Assembly: GCA_963676795.2 (NCBI GenBank)
Contig: CAXXTB010000001.1
Span: 32,001-96,000 of the forward strand
Direction of reading: 5' to 3'
DNA from: Geopsychrobacteraceae bacterium
GTDB taxonomy: Bacteria > Desulfobacterota > Desulfuromonadia > Desulfuromonadales > Geopsychrobacteraceae
DNA: 64,000 bases
The position numbers were made by a program, and so were the translations under genes. The notes beneath the pieces are model-generated. The model searched no databases. It saw nothing but the letters and a program-made list of their open reading frames with translations, and was not told the DNA's origin. Below are positions 48,100-57,585 of the stretch, piece by piece (positions within the stretch are counted from its first letter, which is position 1; each line of letters opens with the position of its first letter).

Positions 48100-49314
48100 T
48101 CAGCGTCCTGCCGCTTCCAGTGAAATCCCGTAGACCGAAGCCAGATAATTCAGATACTCCGGATCCTCGCACATACTCTTACCCGGCTCGTCAGAAATTT
48201 TGGCGACCGGCTTACCATTGGCGGAAACCATCTTGATGACAATATTGAGCGGGGTGAAGCCAACGTCATTGGTCAGCTTGGTGCCGATGCCGAAAGAGAC
48301 CAGAGCGCGGCCATGAAAATAGCGGTAGAGCTCGACCATCGTCTGAAAGGTCAGGCCGTCACTGAAGACCAGGGTTTTACTCAAGGGGTCGATCCCCATC
48401 TCCTGATACATGGCGATCGCCTTGTCTCCCCAGACAAAGGGGGAGCCGCTGTCATGGCGCAGACCATCATAGAGCTTGCCGAAATAGGGATCGGAAAAAT
48501 CGCGGATAAAGGCGTCCATCGCATAGCAGTCGGTCAGGGCGATTCCCAACCGGCCGCGATACTCGCGGACCCAGCCTTCAAGTGCCGCCTTCTGGGCATC
48601 AGCCAGGCGGGTGACGGCCTGCCAGGCCTGAAACCACTCGTGGGCCATGGTACCGATCGGCATCAGATCGAGCCGGCGGGCCATATCGACGTTACTGGTC
48701 CCGGAAAACAGCTGCGGGATTTCCCGCTTGAGCGTCGTCAGTACCTCTTCCTGCCAGGCCCTGCTGGCGCGCCGCCGGGTCCCGAAATCAGCCAGATGAA
48801 AACCGGGTAGCGGCCCCTCGTTCCCGATCATCTCAAGCTTGTCCTGAAAAATGGAACGGGCCTGCTCAAGATCGACCCCGCCATGGACCAACTCGCTATA
48901 AAGCTCACTGATAATCGCCAGGCCGTAGATCTCGAACAGGGTGACATGAATCAACGGACCCCTGACCCGCAGGGAGATATCATCGGCGTCGGCGTAGAGC
49001 TCGACAAAACGCATATCGAGATGAAAGATGCGCAGGAACTCGATGAAATCCTGGGTAAAGAAGGGGAAATGCTGCAGGTATTCCAGCTCCGGTTCAGTAA
49101 AGCTTAAGTTACAGAGCAGCTCGAACTGGTAGCGGATATCCTCGACCAGATCGGCCAGGCGCATGCCGTTGTTGTTGCGGCAGGCGAACTTCCATTCGAC
49201 CATCACGCTGCGGAACTCCGGCGCATGATAGAAGGCCTGGAGCATGGTCAGTTTATAAAAGTCGGTATCGAGCAAGCTGTCGATCAACCGGCGCTGAATC
49301 CGCGGGGCCGCCAT
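48100..49314 (-). CDS. pncB: Nicotinate phosphoribosyltransferase
   Basis: SLLDTDFYKLTM, DFGTRRR, GTMAHEW, RHDSG, FSDGL, GIGT, KISDEPGK. Confidence 0.96.
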   Translation of the reverse strand: MAAPRIQRRLIDSLLDTDFYKLTMLQAFYHAPEFRSVMVEWKFACRNNNGMRLADLVEDIRYQFELLCNLSFTEPELEYLQHFPFFTQDFIEFLRIFHLDMRFVELYADADDISLRVRGPLIHVTLFEIYGLAIISELYSELVHGGVDLEQARSIFQDKLEMIGNEGPLPGFHLADFGTRRRASRAWQEEVLTTLKREIPQLFSGTSNVDMARRLDLMPIGTMAHEWFQAWQAVTRLADAQKAALEGWVREYRGRLGIALTDCYAMDAFIRDFSDPYFGKLYDGLRHDSGSPFVWGDKAIAMYQEMGIDPLSKTLVFSDGLTFQTMVELYRYFHGRALVSFGIGTKLTNDVGFTPLNIVIKMVSANGKPVAKISDEPGKSMCEDPEYLNYLASVYGISLEAAGR

Positions 49315-49970
49315 CAGGCCTGGACCAGTTCACGGCTGTCGGCAATCAGCCGGGCCCCGGCCGCTTGCAGGTCGACCAATGCCTGGACGCTGGTTTCGGC
49401 CGCAACCCCGCGGCAGGCCGCCCGATTGAGAATCACCTCAAACCCGGCCTTGAGCAACTGTAGACCTGTGGTCTTGACACAGTAATCGGTGGCCAGACCG
49501 CCGATCAGAACCGTTTTGATCCCCTGCTGGCGCAGCCATTCGATCGCTCCGGTGCTGATCTTCTCCTGCAGATCGTGATAGCAGGCACCGTAAGGGTGAA
49601 GCAGCGGATCAACCCCTTTCTCGATGACCAGATCGTAGGCCTCTTCAGCCGGCAGACCGGGGATCAGCTGATTCCCCTCAGTGCCGACGACACAGTGCGG
49701 CGGCCATTTGATATCGAGGTTCGGATAGTCACCTTCAACCGGTTGCATGATCTCATCCGGACTCCGCGCCACCCAGGGCGCCGTGGCGGGATGACAATCC
49801 TTGCTGACCAACCGCAGTGCAGCAAACGTCGCCTGGGCATTGAGTTCGCTCGCAATCTGATCACCTTCGGCGACAGGCAGTTCATTGGGGCATAAGGGGG
49901 TAAAACCTCGTTGCGGATCAACGTCAAAGCTGGCGGTTGTGGCTTTATCGATTGCTATCATGGTCTCCAC
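49314..49970 (-). CDS. pncA: Nicotinamidase/pyrazinamidase (isochorismatase family)
   Basis: DVDPQ, KDCH, WPPHC, KG, GLATDYCV; coupled to pncB. Confidence 0.9.
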   Translation of the reverse strand: METMIAIDKATTASFDVDPQRGFTPLCPNELPVAEGDQIASELNAQATFAALRLVSKDCHPATAPWVARSPDEIMQPVEGDYPNLDIKWPPHCVVGTEGNQLIPGLPAEEAYDLVIEKGVDPLLHPYGACYHDLQEKISTGAIEWLRQQGIKTVLIGGLATDYCVKTTGLQLLKAGFEVILNRAACRGVAAETSVQALVDLQAAGARLIADSRELVQA

Positions 49971-49973
49971 TGG

Positions 49974-50507
49974 TCAGTTCTCCGGGGCGATTTTTTCAAA
50001 AAGTTCCGCCCCCAGAGCGTCTTTGCATTCGAGGCGTTGCCAGATGGCAAAACGGTAATCTATCAGCCCACTGTAACAGCGTGACAGTATTTTTTCAAAA
50101 GACTCCGGCGGCAGTATTGGATAATAAACCTGCCCGGAGACCTCGAACTGCAGTTCAGTGAGGTAAATTCGTTGAGCCTGGGGCAGTGTTTCGGTATAGA
50201 TCTCACCACCGCCGCAGATAAAGAGTTCGCTTTCGCCCCAGCTTTCAGCCAGCAGAATACCATTGGCAACAGAACTGACAACCTCAGCATCCGCCAAGAG
50301 GTAATCCGCCTGGCGAGAAACGACGATAGTTTTCCGCCCCGGCAAGGCGCGGCCGATCGACTCGTAGGTCTTACGCCCCATCAGCAGGGTATGGCCCATG
50401 GTGATCCGCTTGAAACGCTGCAGATCCTCCGGCAGATCCCAGGGGATCTGGCCGTTTGCGCCGATGACCCGATTGGCCGCCATGGCGACGATCTGCGATA
50501 TCAGCAT
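49974..50507 (-). CDS. folA: Dihydrofolate reductase
   Basis: VAMAANRVIG, IPWDLPEDL, MGRKTYESIG, LPGR, GGGEIY. Confidence 0.93.
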   Translation of the reverse strand: MLISQIVAMAANRVIGANGQIPWDLPEDLQRFKRITMGHTLLMGRKTYESIGRALPGRKTIVVSRQADYLLADAEVVSSVANGILLAESWGESELFICGGGEIYTETLPQAQRIYLTELQFEVSGQVYYPILPPESFEKILSRCYSGLIDYRFAIWQRLECKDALGAELFEKIAPEN

Positions 50508-50516
50508 CGTCACAGG

Positions 50517-50990
50517 TCAGCCCTCAGGCATCCGAGACTGCTTGGCTGTCATTCGCTCAATCTGCAGGCGATAGACCCGGGTTTTATCAACTGCCATCTC
50601 TTTGAAATTGAAGTCCGGACTGCCGTAATGTTGCATGATCCGGCGCAAACCTTCGCGTTTTTCCTCTTCGCTTTCGAGAAAACTGATGGTTCCCTCCCCG
50701 ACGACCGACTGGAAGCGAGTGGTCCAGTGGCAGGCGACCGGAGTCTTGATCAGCCCGTGATCGATAGCGACACAAAAACTGGCCTGCGGATTCCTGGCAA
50801 TCAGCTCGAGTTTGCGTCCTTCTTGCGCCGAATGGAAATAGAGTGCGCCGTCGTGATAACCATAGTTCAAGGTCACAATGTAGGGAAGCGGCTCATCGAT
50901 CAGAGCCAGCTGGCAGATTCGACCGCTGCGCAGAATCTCTTCAATTTTGCTGAATTCAGTCACCTGTTTTTCCGAACGTCTCACTCTCAT
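50517..50990 (-). CDS. Pyridoxamine 5'-phosphate oxidase-like flavin-binding protein (NimA family)
   Basis: PYIVTLNYGY, YFHSAQEGRK, FQSVVGEG. Confidence 0.85.
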   Translation of the reverse strand: MRVRRSEKQVTEFSKIEEILRSGRICQLALIDEPLPYIVTLNYGYHDGALYFHSAQEGRKLELIARNPQASFCVAIDHGLIKTPVACHWTTRFQSVVGEGTISFLESEEEKREGLRRIMQHYGSPDFNFKEMAVDKTRVYRLQIERMTAKQSRMPEG

Positions 50991-51222
50991 CTCCTGTCTT
51001 TTCATCAGCAAAGCAATGCCCTAAGATAATTCTTATCGCGGCAAAATCCCAGCCAAACATACATGTCGAACCAGATTCCCCAACAACCCGGCAGCGACGT
51101 ATAGGCAGAAACATTGCCATCTGTGTTAAACTTTCAACTGTTTTAGCACGCCATTGAACTTGAGCAGTTCCGTCCGGCTTCCCCGGAAATTGGTTTTAAT
51201 CGCTGGTGAAAGGACCATTCCT

Positions 51223-52164
51223 ATGAACAATAAAGTCCGTATTGGCAAAACAGATCTGCATGTCACCCCCATCGGTCTGGGCTGTAACGCCGTCGGCGGC
51301 CATAACCTCTATCCCGATCTGGATGAAAACGTCGGCCGCGACCTGGTCCGGCAGGCCATCTCGGCCGGAATCGACTTCTTCGATACCGCCTTTATCTACG
51401 GCAAGGGGCGCTCGGAAGAGCTGATCGGCGAGGTGGTCAAAGAGACCAACTGCCGTGAGCAGCTCATCATCGCTACCAAGGGTGCCCATGATATCTCGAG
51501 CGGTGAGGTCCGGCTCAATAACAGTCCGGAATTCCTGCGCCAATCGGTCGACACCAGCCTTAAGCGACTACAGACCGACTACATCGACCTGTTCTATATC
51601 CATTTTCCGGATGAAGCGACCCCGAAAGGGGAAGCGGTCGGAGTGCTCAAGGAGCTGAAAGACACCGGCAAGATCAGGGCGATCGGCGTCTCCAACTTCA
51701 GCCTTGAACAACTGATCGAAGGGAACAAAAATGGCGGCATCGATGTCTTTCAGGGGCACTACAATCTGCTGACCCGCGGCGTTGAGCAGGATATTCTCCC
51801 CTACTGCGAAGCCAACCAGATCTCTTTTGTCCCCTACTTTCCTCTGGCGATGGGACTGCTGGCCGGCAAATACACCAGGGACACCCGTTTTCCGGACGGG
51901 GACCTGCGCAGCAAAAAACCGGAACTGCAGGGGGAAACCTTCCTGAAAAACCTGGAGAAGGTCGAACAGCTCAACAAGATCGCCCAGAGCTACAATACCG
52001 AGGTTCCCTACCTGGTGCTCGCCTGGTACCTGACCCAACCGGCCATCGACGTACTGATTCCGGGTGCCAAAAGAGCGGAACAGGCACTGAGCAACCTCAA
52101 AACCCTGGATGTCCAACTGCAGGAAGAGGATATCATCCATATCGATGAGCTGTTCAGGGATTAA
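51223..52164 (+). CDS. Aldo/keto reductase, IolS (AKR11A)-like
   Basis: [54 protein letters not shown]. Confidence 0.92.
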   Translation: MNNKVRIGKTDLHVTPIGLGCNAVGGHNLYPDLDENVGRDLVRQAISAGIDFFDTAFIYGKGRSEELIGEVVKETNCREQLIIATKGAHDISSGEVRLNNSPEFLRQSVDTSLKRLQTDYIDLFYIHFPDEATPKGEAVGVLKELKDTGKIRAIGVSNFSLEQLIEGNKNGGIDVFQGHYNLLTRGVEQDILPYCEANQISFVPYFPLAMGLLAGKYTRDTRFPDGDLRSKKPELQGETFLKNLEKVEQLNKIAQSYNTEVPYLVLAWYLTQPAIDVLIPGAKRAEQALSNLKTLDVQLQEEDIIHIDELFRD

Positions 52165-52269
52165 GAAGACAGCGCTTGTTCCATGAATCTATGCCGGGAA
52201 CCGGCATTGCGATTGCGCGAATCGGGGCGCGTAGCGACACGTCTGAGCGAGTAGAGAATAGCAGCCCCA

Positions 52270-52522
52270 ACGCTACGCAGACATACTGAAACAATTTACG
52301 CCAGTGTTTTCAAAGAGTTTCTTTTTCCACCCTTTTTCTTTGCGATCAAAGAAAAAGGATGACGTCTGCCGGTACGGGAACCGGCGGTTTGCGGTCTTTG
52401 AATTCCTGCGTATGAATAGGCAACCAATCAAAACCGCGGGGTTGCGCCCCAAGATGAGCAAGCTCACCAACGGGCAGAACCGCAGAAACACCTGCGGTGT
52501 TTCGCCAACTTGAAACAAACTA
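52270..52522. repeat. Second member of the hairpin repeat family seen between sfrB and sfrA
   Basis: 12-bp hairpin at 52331-52358; 52427-52450 matches 27814-27837; 52444-52522 aligns with the minus strand of 27612-27701. Confidence 0.7.
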
Positions 52523-52536
52523 TGCTCCGACCACCA

Positions 52537-53565
52537 CTAACAGCAGCGCAGATCGTCGTCTTTTACCTGCCCCAGCTTATCAGCCAGGGTCGGGCGGACC
52601 AGGTAGCGTTCAAAAATCCTCTGCGGCAGAACCCGGAGCAGGCGAGCGAGCAGGAAGGTCATCAGCAGGGCGAAGAGAATCCGTCCCCAGAGGATCCCGG
52701 ACAGATGACCGCCGAACAGCAGCACAATCAAGGTATCTTCGATCAAACTGTGACAGAGTCCCATCAGGGCCAGGGAAAGGAAGATATCCTTCTTCACCAG
52801 GGTCCCCTTGGCCACTTCTGCAATCAGCAGACCACCCCCGTAGCTGATCCCCAGGGTCATGCCGATAATGGTCAGCGGCGCGACCTCGCGCCCCATGCCG
52901 AGCAGTGTCAGTAGCGGCTCGAGCAAACGGGTCAACAGCGCGGTGATGCCCACCTTACGACACAGTTTGAGCAGCAGCATCAGGCTGAAGATAATCACCA
53001 GAATCATCAGCATGCTCTTAAACTGCCCCAGCCCCCAGGCCAACCAGCCGGTATCCTGAGCAACTGGCCTCCAGAGGGTGGTGGCCGGCTGTTGCAGGGT
53101 ATCAGACAAACGATAGATCTGGTTGAGCAGGGCGCCAAGCACGAAAGCACCGGCGACCCGTAACAGCAGCATGATACGAAAACGGGTGCCGATCTTCTGG
53201 GCGACGCGCAGTTCCACCGGTAACGCATGGGCCACCAGCATCATGGTCCCGATAACGGTCATTTGGGCGACATTCAGCTCCAGGCCAGTCGACAGGGTGG
53301 CAAAGACCATCACCCCGGCATAGATGTTCAGCACCATGGTCGTCGCCCAGACCAGGCCAAGTTCTCCAGGCAGACCGACCAGCTGCATCAGTGGCCCGAG
53401 CAGGTCGCCGAGGTGAGAAATCCAGCCCAACTGTTCGCAAATACGGGTGACAATGCCGATCGGGATAACGATCCGCATCAGAATCCAGAAGACCCGTAAA
53501 GCGTCCAGAAAAGTCGTCTGCGCCGTCTGCCAAAATTGAGAAGCAAGCGAAGTGATCAACACCAT
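52537..53565 (-). CDS. Nucleoside recognition (Gate) domain membrane protein
   Basis: Multi-TM; PLMQLVGLP, AHALPVE, GMTLGISYGG, CHSLIEDT. Confidence 0.75.
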   Translation of the reverse strand: MVLITSLASQFWQTAQTTFLDALRVFWILMRIVIPIGIVTRICEQLGWISHLGDLLGPLMQLVGLPGELGLVWATTMVLNIYAGVMVFATLSTGLELNVAQMTVIGTMMLVAHALPVELRVAQKIGTRFRIMLLLRVAGAFVLGALLNQIYRLSDTLQQPATTLWRPVAQDTGWLAWGLGQFKSMLMILVIIFSLMLLLKLCRKVGITALLTRLLEPLLTLLGMGREVAPLTIIGMTLGISYGGGLLIAEVAKGTLVKKDIFLSLALMGLCHSLIEDTLIVLLFGGHLSGILWGRILFALLMTFLLARLLRVLPQRIFERYLVRPTLADKLGQVKDDDLRCC

Positions 53566-53569
53566 GAGC

Positions 53570-53773
53570 TTACCATTTACGAAGCAACCAAAGAACCAGC
53601 GAGATCAAAGCACTGACGATGATCATACTGGTAATCGGAAAAAAGATCTTCAGCCCCGGTTTATCAATCAGAATATCACCGGGCAAGCGTCCGAGCGGAA
53701 GCTTGCTCAGCCAGGGCCAGCCAAACCCGGCAACCAGAATGATGAGCCCGAGCGTGATCAGGGTTTTCTGCAT
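53570..53773 (-). CDS. DUF2905 small membrane protein
   Basis: LGRLPGDI...FFPITSMII. Confidence 0.85.
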   Translation of the reverse strand: MQKTLITLGLIILVAGFGWPWLSKLPLGRLPGDILIDKPGLKIFFPITSMIIVSALISLVLWLLRKW

Positions 53774-53802
53774 AAGCGAATCAACTCCCGCTCCGTCGCA
53801 CG

Positions 53803-54018
53803 TCAGTCACCGAGATACTCAAAGCGCGGGATCAGGCGCCCCTCAAATTCCTTCTGATCCAAAAACATCGCCAGCGGCCTGACCCATAACCCCATCTCGC
53901 CATAGAGAGGACGATAGACGACCATCTCCTCCTCGTTTTCCGAGTGCCTGGCAACACCGAGAACTTCGTATTCGTTTCCCTTGAAATGCCGGTAGCGGCC
54001 GGACTTGAGTGAAGACAT
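53803..54018 (-). CDS. DUF1653 protein
   Basis: GRYRHFKG..YEV, HSE, VVYRPLYG, WVRP..MF. Confidence 0.88.
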   Translation of the reverse strand: MSSLKSGRYRHFKGNEYEVLGVARHSENEEEMVVYRPLYGEMGLWVRPLAMFLDQKEFEGRLIPRFEYLGD

Positions 54019-54108
54019 TGGTCTCTCCCTGAGATTGCAGCTGGATATTTTCCCGACAAAGACTCTAGCACTATTTTCAGGCGCAATGCCAAGACTCTTG
54101 TGCACTGC

Positions 54109-54148
54109 CAAATAAAATGGGGCCATGGCTCACATGCCATGGCCCCAT
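54109..54148 (-). terminator. Rho-independent terminator after the MCP gene
   Basis: 13-bp stem atggggccatggc/gccatggccccat followed by a T-rich tract on the minus strand. Confidence 0.75.
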
Positions 54149-54172
54149 GAGGATAACCTACAATTTTCTGAA

Positions 54173-55921
54173 TCAGGAAATCATGTGCCGCCCCGACAAA
54201 GACGCAGTATCCACCCTGAAGCGCTGCAGCATCTCGCGCAGGTAGGCCGCTTGCCCGGACAGCTCCTCGCTGGTCGCGGCACTCTCTTCCGCGGCAGCGG
54301 TGTTCTTCTGGATAGTCTGATCGATCTGCCCCAGCCCCTGGTTGATCTGGCCAATACCTAAAGCCTGTTCACTGGTCGCGGCGGCAATCTCGCTGACCAG
54401 ATCGGTGACCTTGGTGATATTGGTGACGATCTCGGACAAGGCCTCGGATGTTTCCTTGGCGATCTGGCTGCCATTTGCAGATTTTTCGACCGACCCTTCG
54501 ATCATCTGGGTTGTCTCTTCAGCCGCCTTGGCACTCCGGGCAGCCAGGTTACGGACCTCCTCGGCGACAACAGCAAACCCCTTGCCATGCTGACCGGCCC
54601 GGGCCGCTTCAACGGCGGCATTGAGGGCCAGCAGGTTGGTCTGGAAAGCAATCTCATCGATAACCTTGATAATCTTGCTGATATTCTGCGCCGAAGCATT
54701 GATGTCCTCCATGGCATCGATCATCGCCGCCATCTTGCGACTGCCGACCTCGGCAGAGGATTTGGCGACCCCGGACAGCTGATTCGCCTGGCTGGCATTC
54801 TCAGCGCTCTGCTTGGTCTGCGAACCGATCTCGTTCATCGAACTGCTGATCTCCTCCAGAGCGGCAGCCGACTGGGTTGCTCCGTGCGACAGCGACTGGC
54901 TCGAATCGGCCACCTGCTGGCTGCCGGAGGTGATCTCGTCGCTGGCGCTCTGGATCTGGCCGACCAGTTCGCGCAGGTTGGTGATCATCCGCAGCAGAGC
55001 ATTGCCAAGGATATCCTCGTTTGAGGCCGGCTGAACCTCCACGGTCAGATCCCCTTCGGCGATCAGCCTGGTCCGCTCGGCATAACCGTTGAGATGCTTG
55101 GCCATATTATTCAGCGAAGCGGTCAGCATACCGATCTCATCCCGACTGTCCCAGGTGAAGCTTTGGGCCAGGCGCCCCTGTTCCAGTTCTTCAGCCATCA
55201 CCCGCAGCTGCTGCAAAGGCTTGACCAGCTGACGGATCAGGACGAAGACCATCGGCACGACCAGGACGATAAACAGAATCACCAGCACCATCAGGCTCCA
55301 GAACTGAACCGGAGCGACTTTCTCATCCATCAGCTGAACCAGTGCGGCTTTCTGGGTGTCAACATCGTCCGTATAGATACCGGTTCCAAGCATATAGGCG
55401 GTCCCCGGTATCATCGTCGCGTAACTGAGCTTTTCCACATCGTCATTGCTTGGTGGCTTGGGCCAGACGTAGGTGACAAAGCCTCCGCCCTGGTTCGCCC
55501 TGGCAAGCAGTTCCTTGACAAGATAAAGCCCGTTTTTATCCTTCATATCGATCAGACTCTTCCCTTCCAGTTCCCGTTTAGGGGGGAGCGACATGCAAAT
55601 GCCGTCACGGTCATAGATGAAGAAATATCCCGACTTGTTTTCCAGGAAGCGGATCGGATTGTTCAGGGTACGGAGAATCTCCAGAATCTCTTCGCGATCC
55701 GTCTTGCCGGCAATCGCTGCGCCCATCGCCAGAGCCGTTGAATCGACAAGCGATTTGAGCTCTTCCTGGTAGCCCCGCTTCATCACCTCATCGACCTGAA
55801 TCAGAGCTTCTGCCTTAACGATATTGATCGCCTTACGCCCGGCAAAGATGCTGATGCCGGCGAAGATCAGAATGATAACGGCCAGAAGCCAGATCTTCAC
55901 GCCAATCTTGAGATTTTTCAT
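54173..55921 (-). CDS. Methyl-accepting chemotaxis protein with Cache sensor and HAMP domains
   Basis: [60 protein letters not shown]. Confidence 0.95.
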   Translation of the reverse strand: MKNLKIGVKIWLLAVIILIFAGISIFAGRKAINIVKAEALIQVDEVMKRGYQEELKSLVDSTALAMGAAIAGKTDREEILEILRTLNNPIRFLENKSGYFFIYDRDGICMSLPPKRELEGKSLIDMKDKNGLYLVKELLARANQGGGFVTYVWPKPPSNDDVEKLSYATMIPGTAYMLGTGIYTDDVDTQKAALVQLMDEKVAPVQFWSLMVLVILFIVLVVPMVFVLIRQLVKPLQQLRVMAEELEQGRLAQSFTWDSRDEIGMLTASLNNMAKHLNGYAERTRLIAEGDLTVEVQPASNEDILGNALLRMITNLRELVGQIQSASDEITSGSQQVADSSQSLSHGATQSAAALEEISSSMNEIGSQTKQSAENASQANQLSGVAKSSAEVGSRKMAAMIDAMEDINASAQNISKIIKVIDEIAFQTNLLALNAAVEAARAGQHGKGFAVVAEEVRNLAARSAKAAEETTQMIEGSVEKSANGSQIAKETSEALSEIVTNITKVTDLVSEIAAATSEQALGIGQINQGLGQIDQTIQKNTAAAEESAATSEELSGQAAYLREMLQRFRVDTASLSGRHMIS

Positions 55922-56044
55922 CGTGAACCTTTCTCCCCCGCCCGTAAGCTAGAAAAAGTAAGCGGGAATGGTGTTTTCATATTTTTGTGCTGACAAAACG
56001 GTTCTATCCACCAGACGAGGGTGGGTGTGATGTCATCTAGACAA

Positions 56045-56061
56045 AGCAACGTTGGTGCCAA
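56045..56061 (-). promoter_or_regulatory. Sigma-54 (-24/-12) promoter of the MCP gene
   Basis: Minus strand TTGGCAC-CAACG-TTGCT matches the TGGCAC-N5-TTGC consensus, about 120 nt upstream of the ATG. Confidence 0.75.
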
Positions 56062-56363
56062 CTAACGTTGCTACCAAAATGTGTTGATATTTCTTGAATA
56101 TAAAGAAGAAAGCCGAAGAGTAAGGGGTGTAACCAAAGTCACACAAAATTTACCAAATATGAAAAAAACGCTGATTTTGTTGAGATTTTTGCAGATTTCC
56201 CTAAGGAACAGCTGTAACGAAATGCACAGGGGTTTGCGACAAAGTTTCGATCTTATTTCTTATCGAAATGTTGATTCAGAATCGGCCGTCTCTACGACCT
56301 ACAGGCATGGCGTTGAGCATCTCCCTCCTCATGCTCAACAGCCCACCGGCAAGTCAATGATTT

Positions 56364-57398
56364 TCAAACCAGTTTCCAGTGCAGTTTCTGCCCGGCAAAA
56401 AAAGGAACGATCGACATTCCGTTCGGCAGCACAATCGACTCCGGCACGGTCCAGCCTTCACGGATCAGGGTCACCTGTTGCCTATTGCGCGGCAGGCCGT
56501 AAAAGTCCGCCCCGAGGTGACTGGCAAAGCCTTCCAGCTTGTCAAGTGCGCCCGCATCGTCAAAAAACTGGGCATAGAGCTCAAGCGCCGACCAGGCACT
56601 GTAGCAACCGGCGCAGCCACAGGCCGATTCCTTACGGACCTGCTCATGAGGGGCCGAATCGCTGCCGAGGAAGAACTTGGGAGAACCACTGATAGCCACC
56701 TCCTGGAGCACCCGCTGATGGGTGTTGCGCTTGAGCACAGGCAGGCAGTAATTATGCGGCCGCACCCCGCCAACGAGCAGATCATTGCGGTTGAGCAGCA
56801 GGTGCTGCGGGGTGATGGTCGCCGCGACATTGTCACCGCACGACAGGACAAACTGGGCCGCCTCGGCCGTGGTGATATGCTCGGCGACGACCTTCAATGC
56901 GGGATGGCGCTCGACTATCGAGCAGAGCCGGGTTTCGACAAAGACCTTTTCCCGATCGAAGATATCGACCTCGTCCTGAGTGACCTCGCCATGCACGAGC
57001 AGCGGCATCCCCTGCAGCGCCAGCTCCTCAAGCGTCGCTTCGATTCTGGCCAGGTCGGTGACACCGGCATGGGAGTTGGTTGTCGCACCAGCCGGATAGA
57101 GCTTGGCCGCGACCGCACCGGCCTGTTTTGCCTCACGGATTGTCCCGGCCGTGGTCTGATCGGTCAGGTAGAGGGTCATCAGCGGCTCAAAGAAACTCCC
57201 GGGCGGGCGGGCGGACAGAATTCTCTGCCGATAGGCCGTGATCATGGCGGCAGAGGTAACCGGAGGGACGAGATTCGGCATGGCGATCGCCCGCTGAAAA
57301 CAGCGCGCCGTCGCCGCAACCGTTTCCGGCAGCATCTCCTCATCGCGAAAATGAACATGCCAGTCGTCCGGCATGGTGATGGTCAACTGATCAGTCAT
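56364..57398 (-). CDS. pyrC: Dihydroorotase, homodimeric (E. coli-type, class II)
   Basis: [52 protein letters not shown]. Confidence 0.95.
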   Translation of the reverse strand: MTDQLTITMPDDWHVHFRDEEMLPETVAATARCFQRAIAMPNLVPPVTSAAMITAYRQRILSARPPGSFFEPLMTLYLTDQTTAGTIREAKQAGAVAAKLYPAGATTNSHAGVTDLARIEATLEELALQGMPLLVHGEVTQDEVDIFDREKVFVETRLCSIVERHPALKVVAEHITTAEAAQFVLSCGDNVAATITPQHLLLNRNDLLVGGVRPHNYCLPVLKRNTHQRVLQEVAISGSPKFFLGSDSAPHEQVRKESACGCAGCYSAWSALELYAQFFDDAGALDKLEGFASHLGADFYGLPRNRQQVTLIREGWTVPESIVLPNGMSIVPFFAGQKLHWKLV

Positions 57399-57585
57399 AA
57401 CATCATGCTTTGCTTTCAGGGTTCTTGAACAAACATCTTTCGATTATACGGAGACAGACCTGGCTTGAAAAGTCTCTCCTTTGTCTCTCCTCGGCTATTT
57501 TTTTGAGTCTTGTCTCTGGAAGCGGCGCCGTCCTTCTGCTATTATGTAAAATCTTTAATTTCAAGATTCCCGCAAAGGGTATTCG

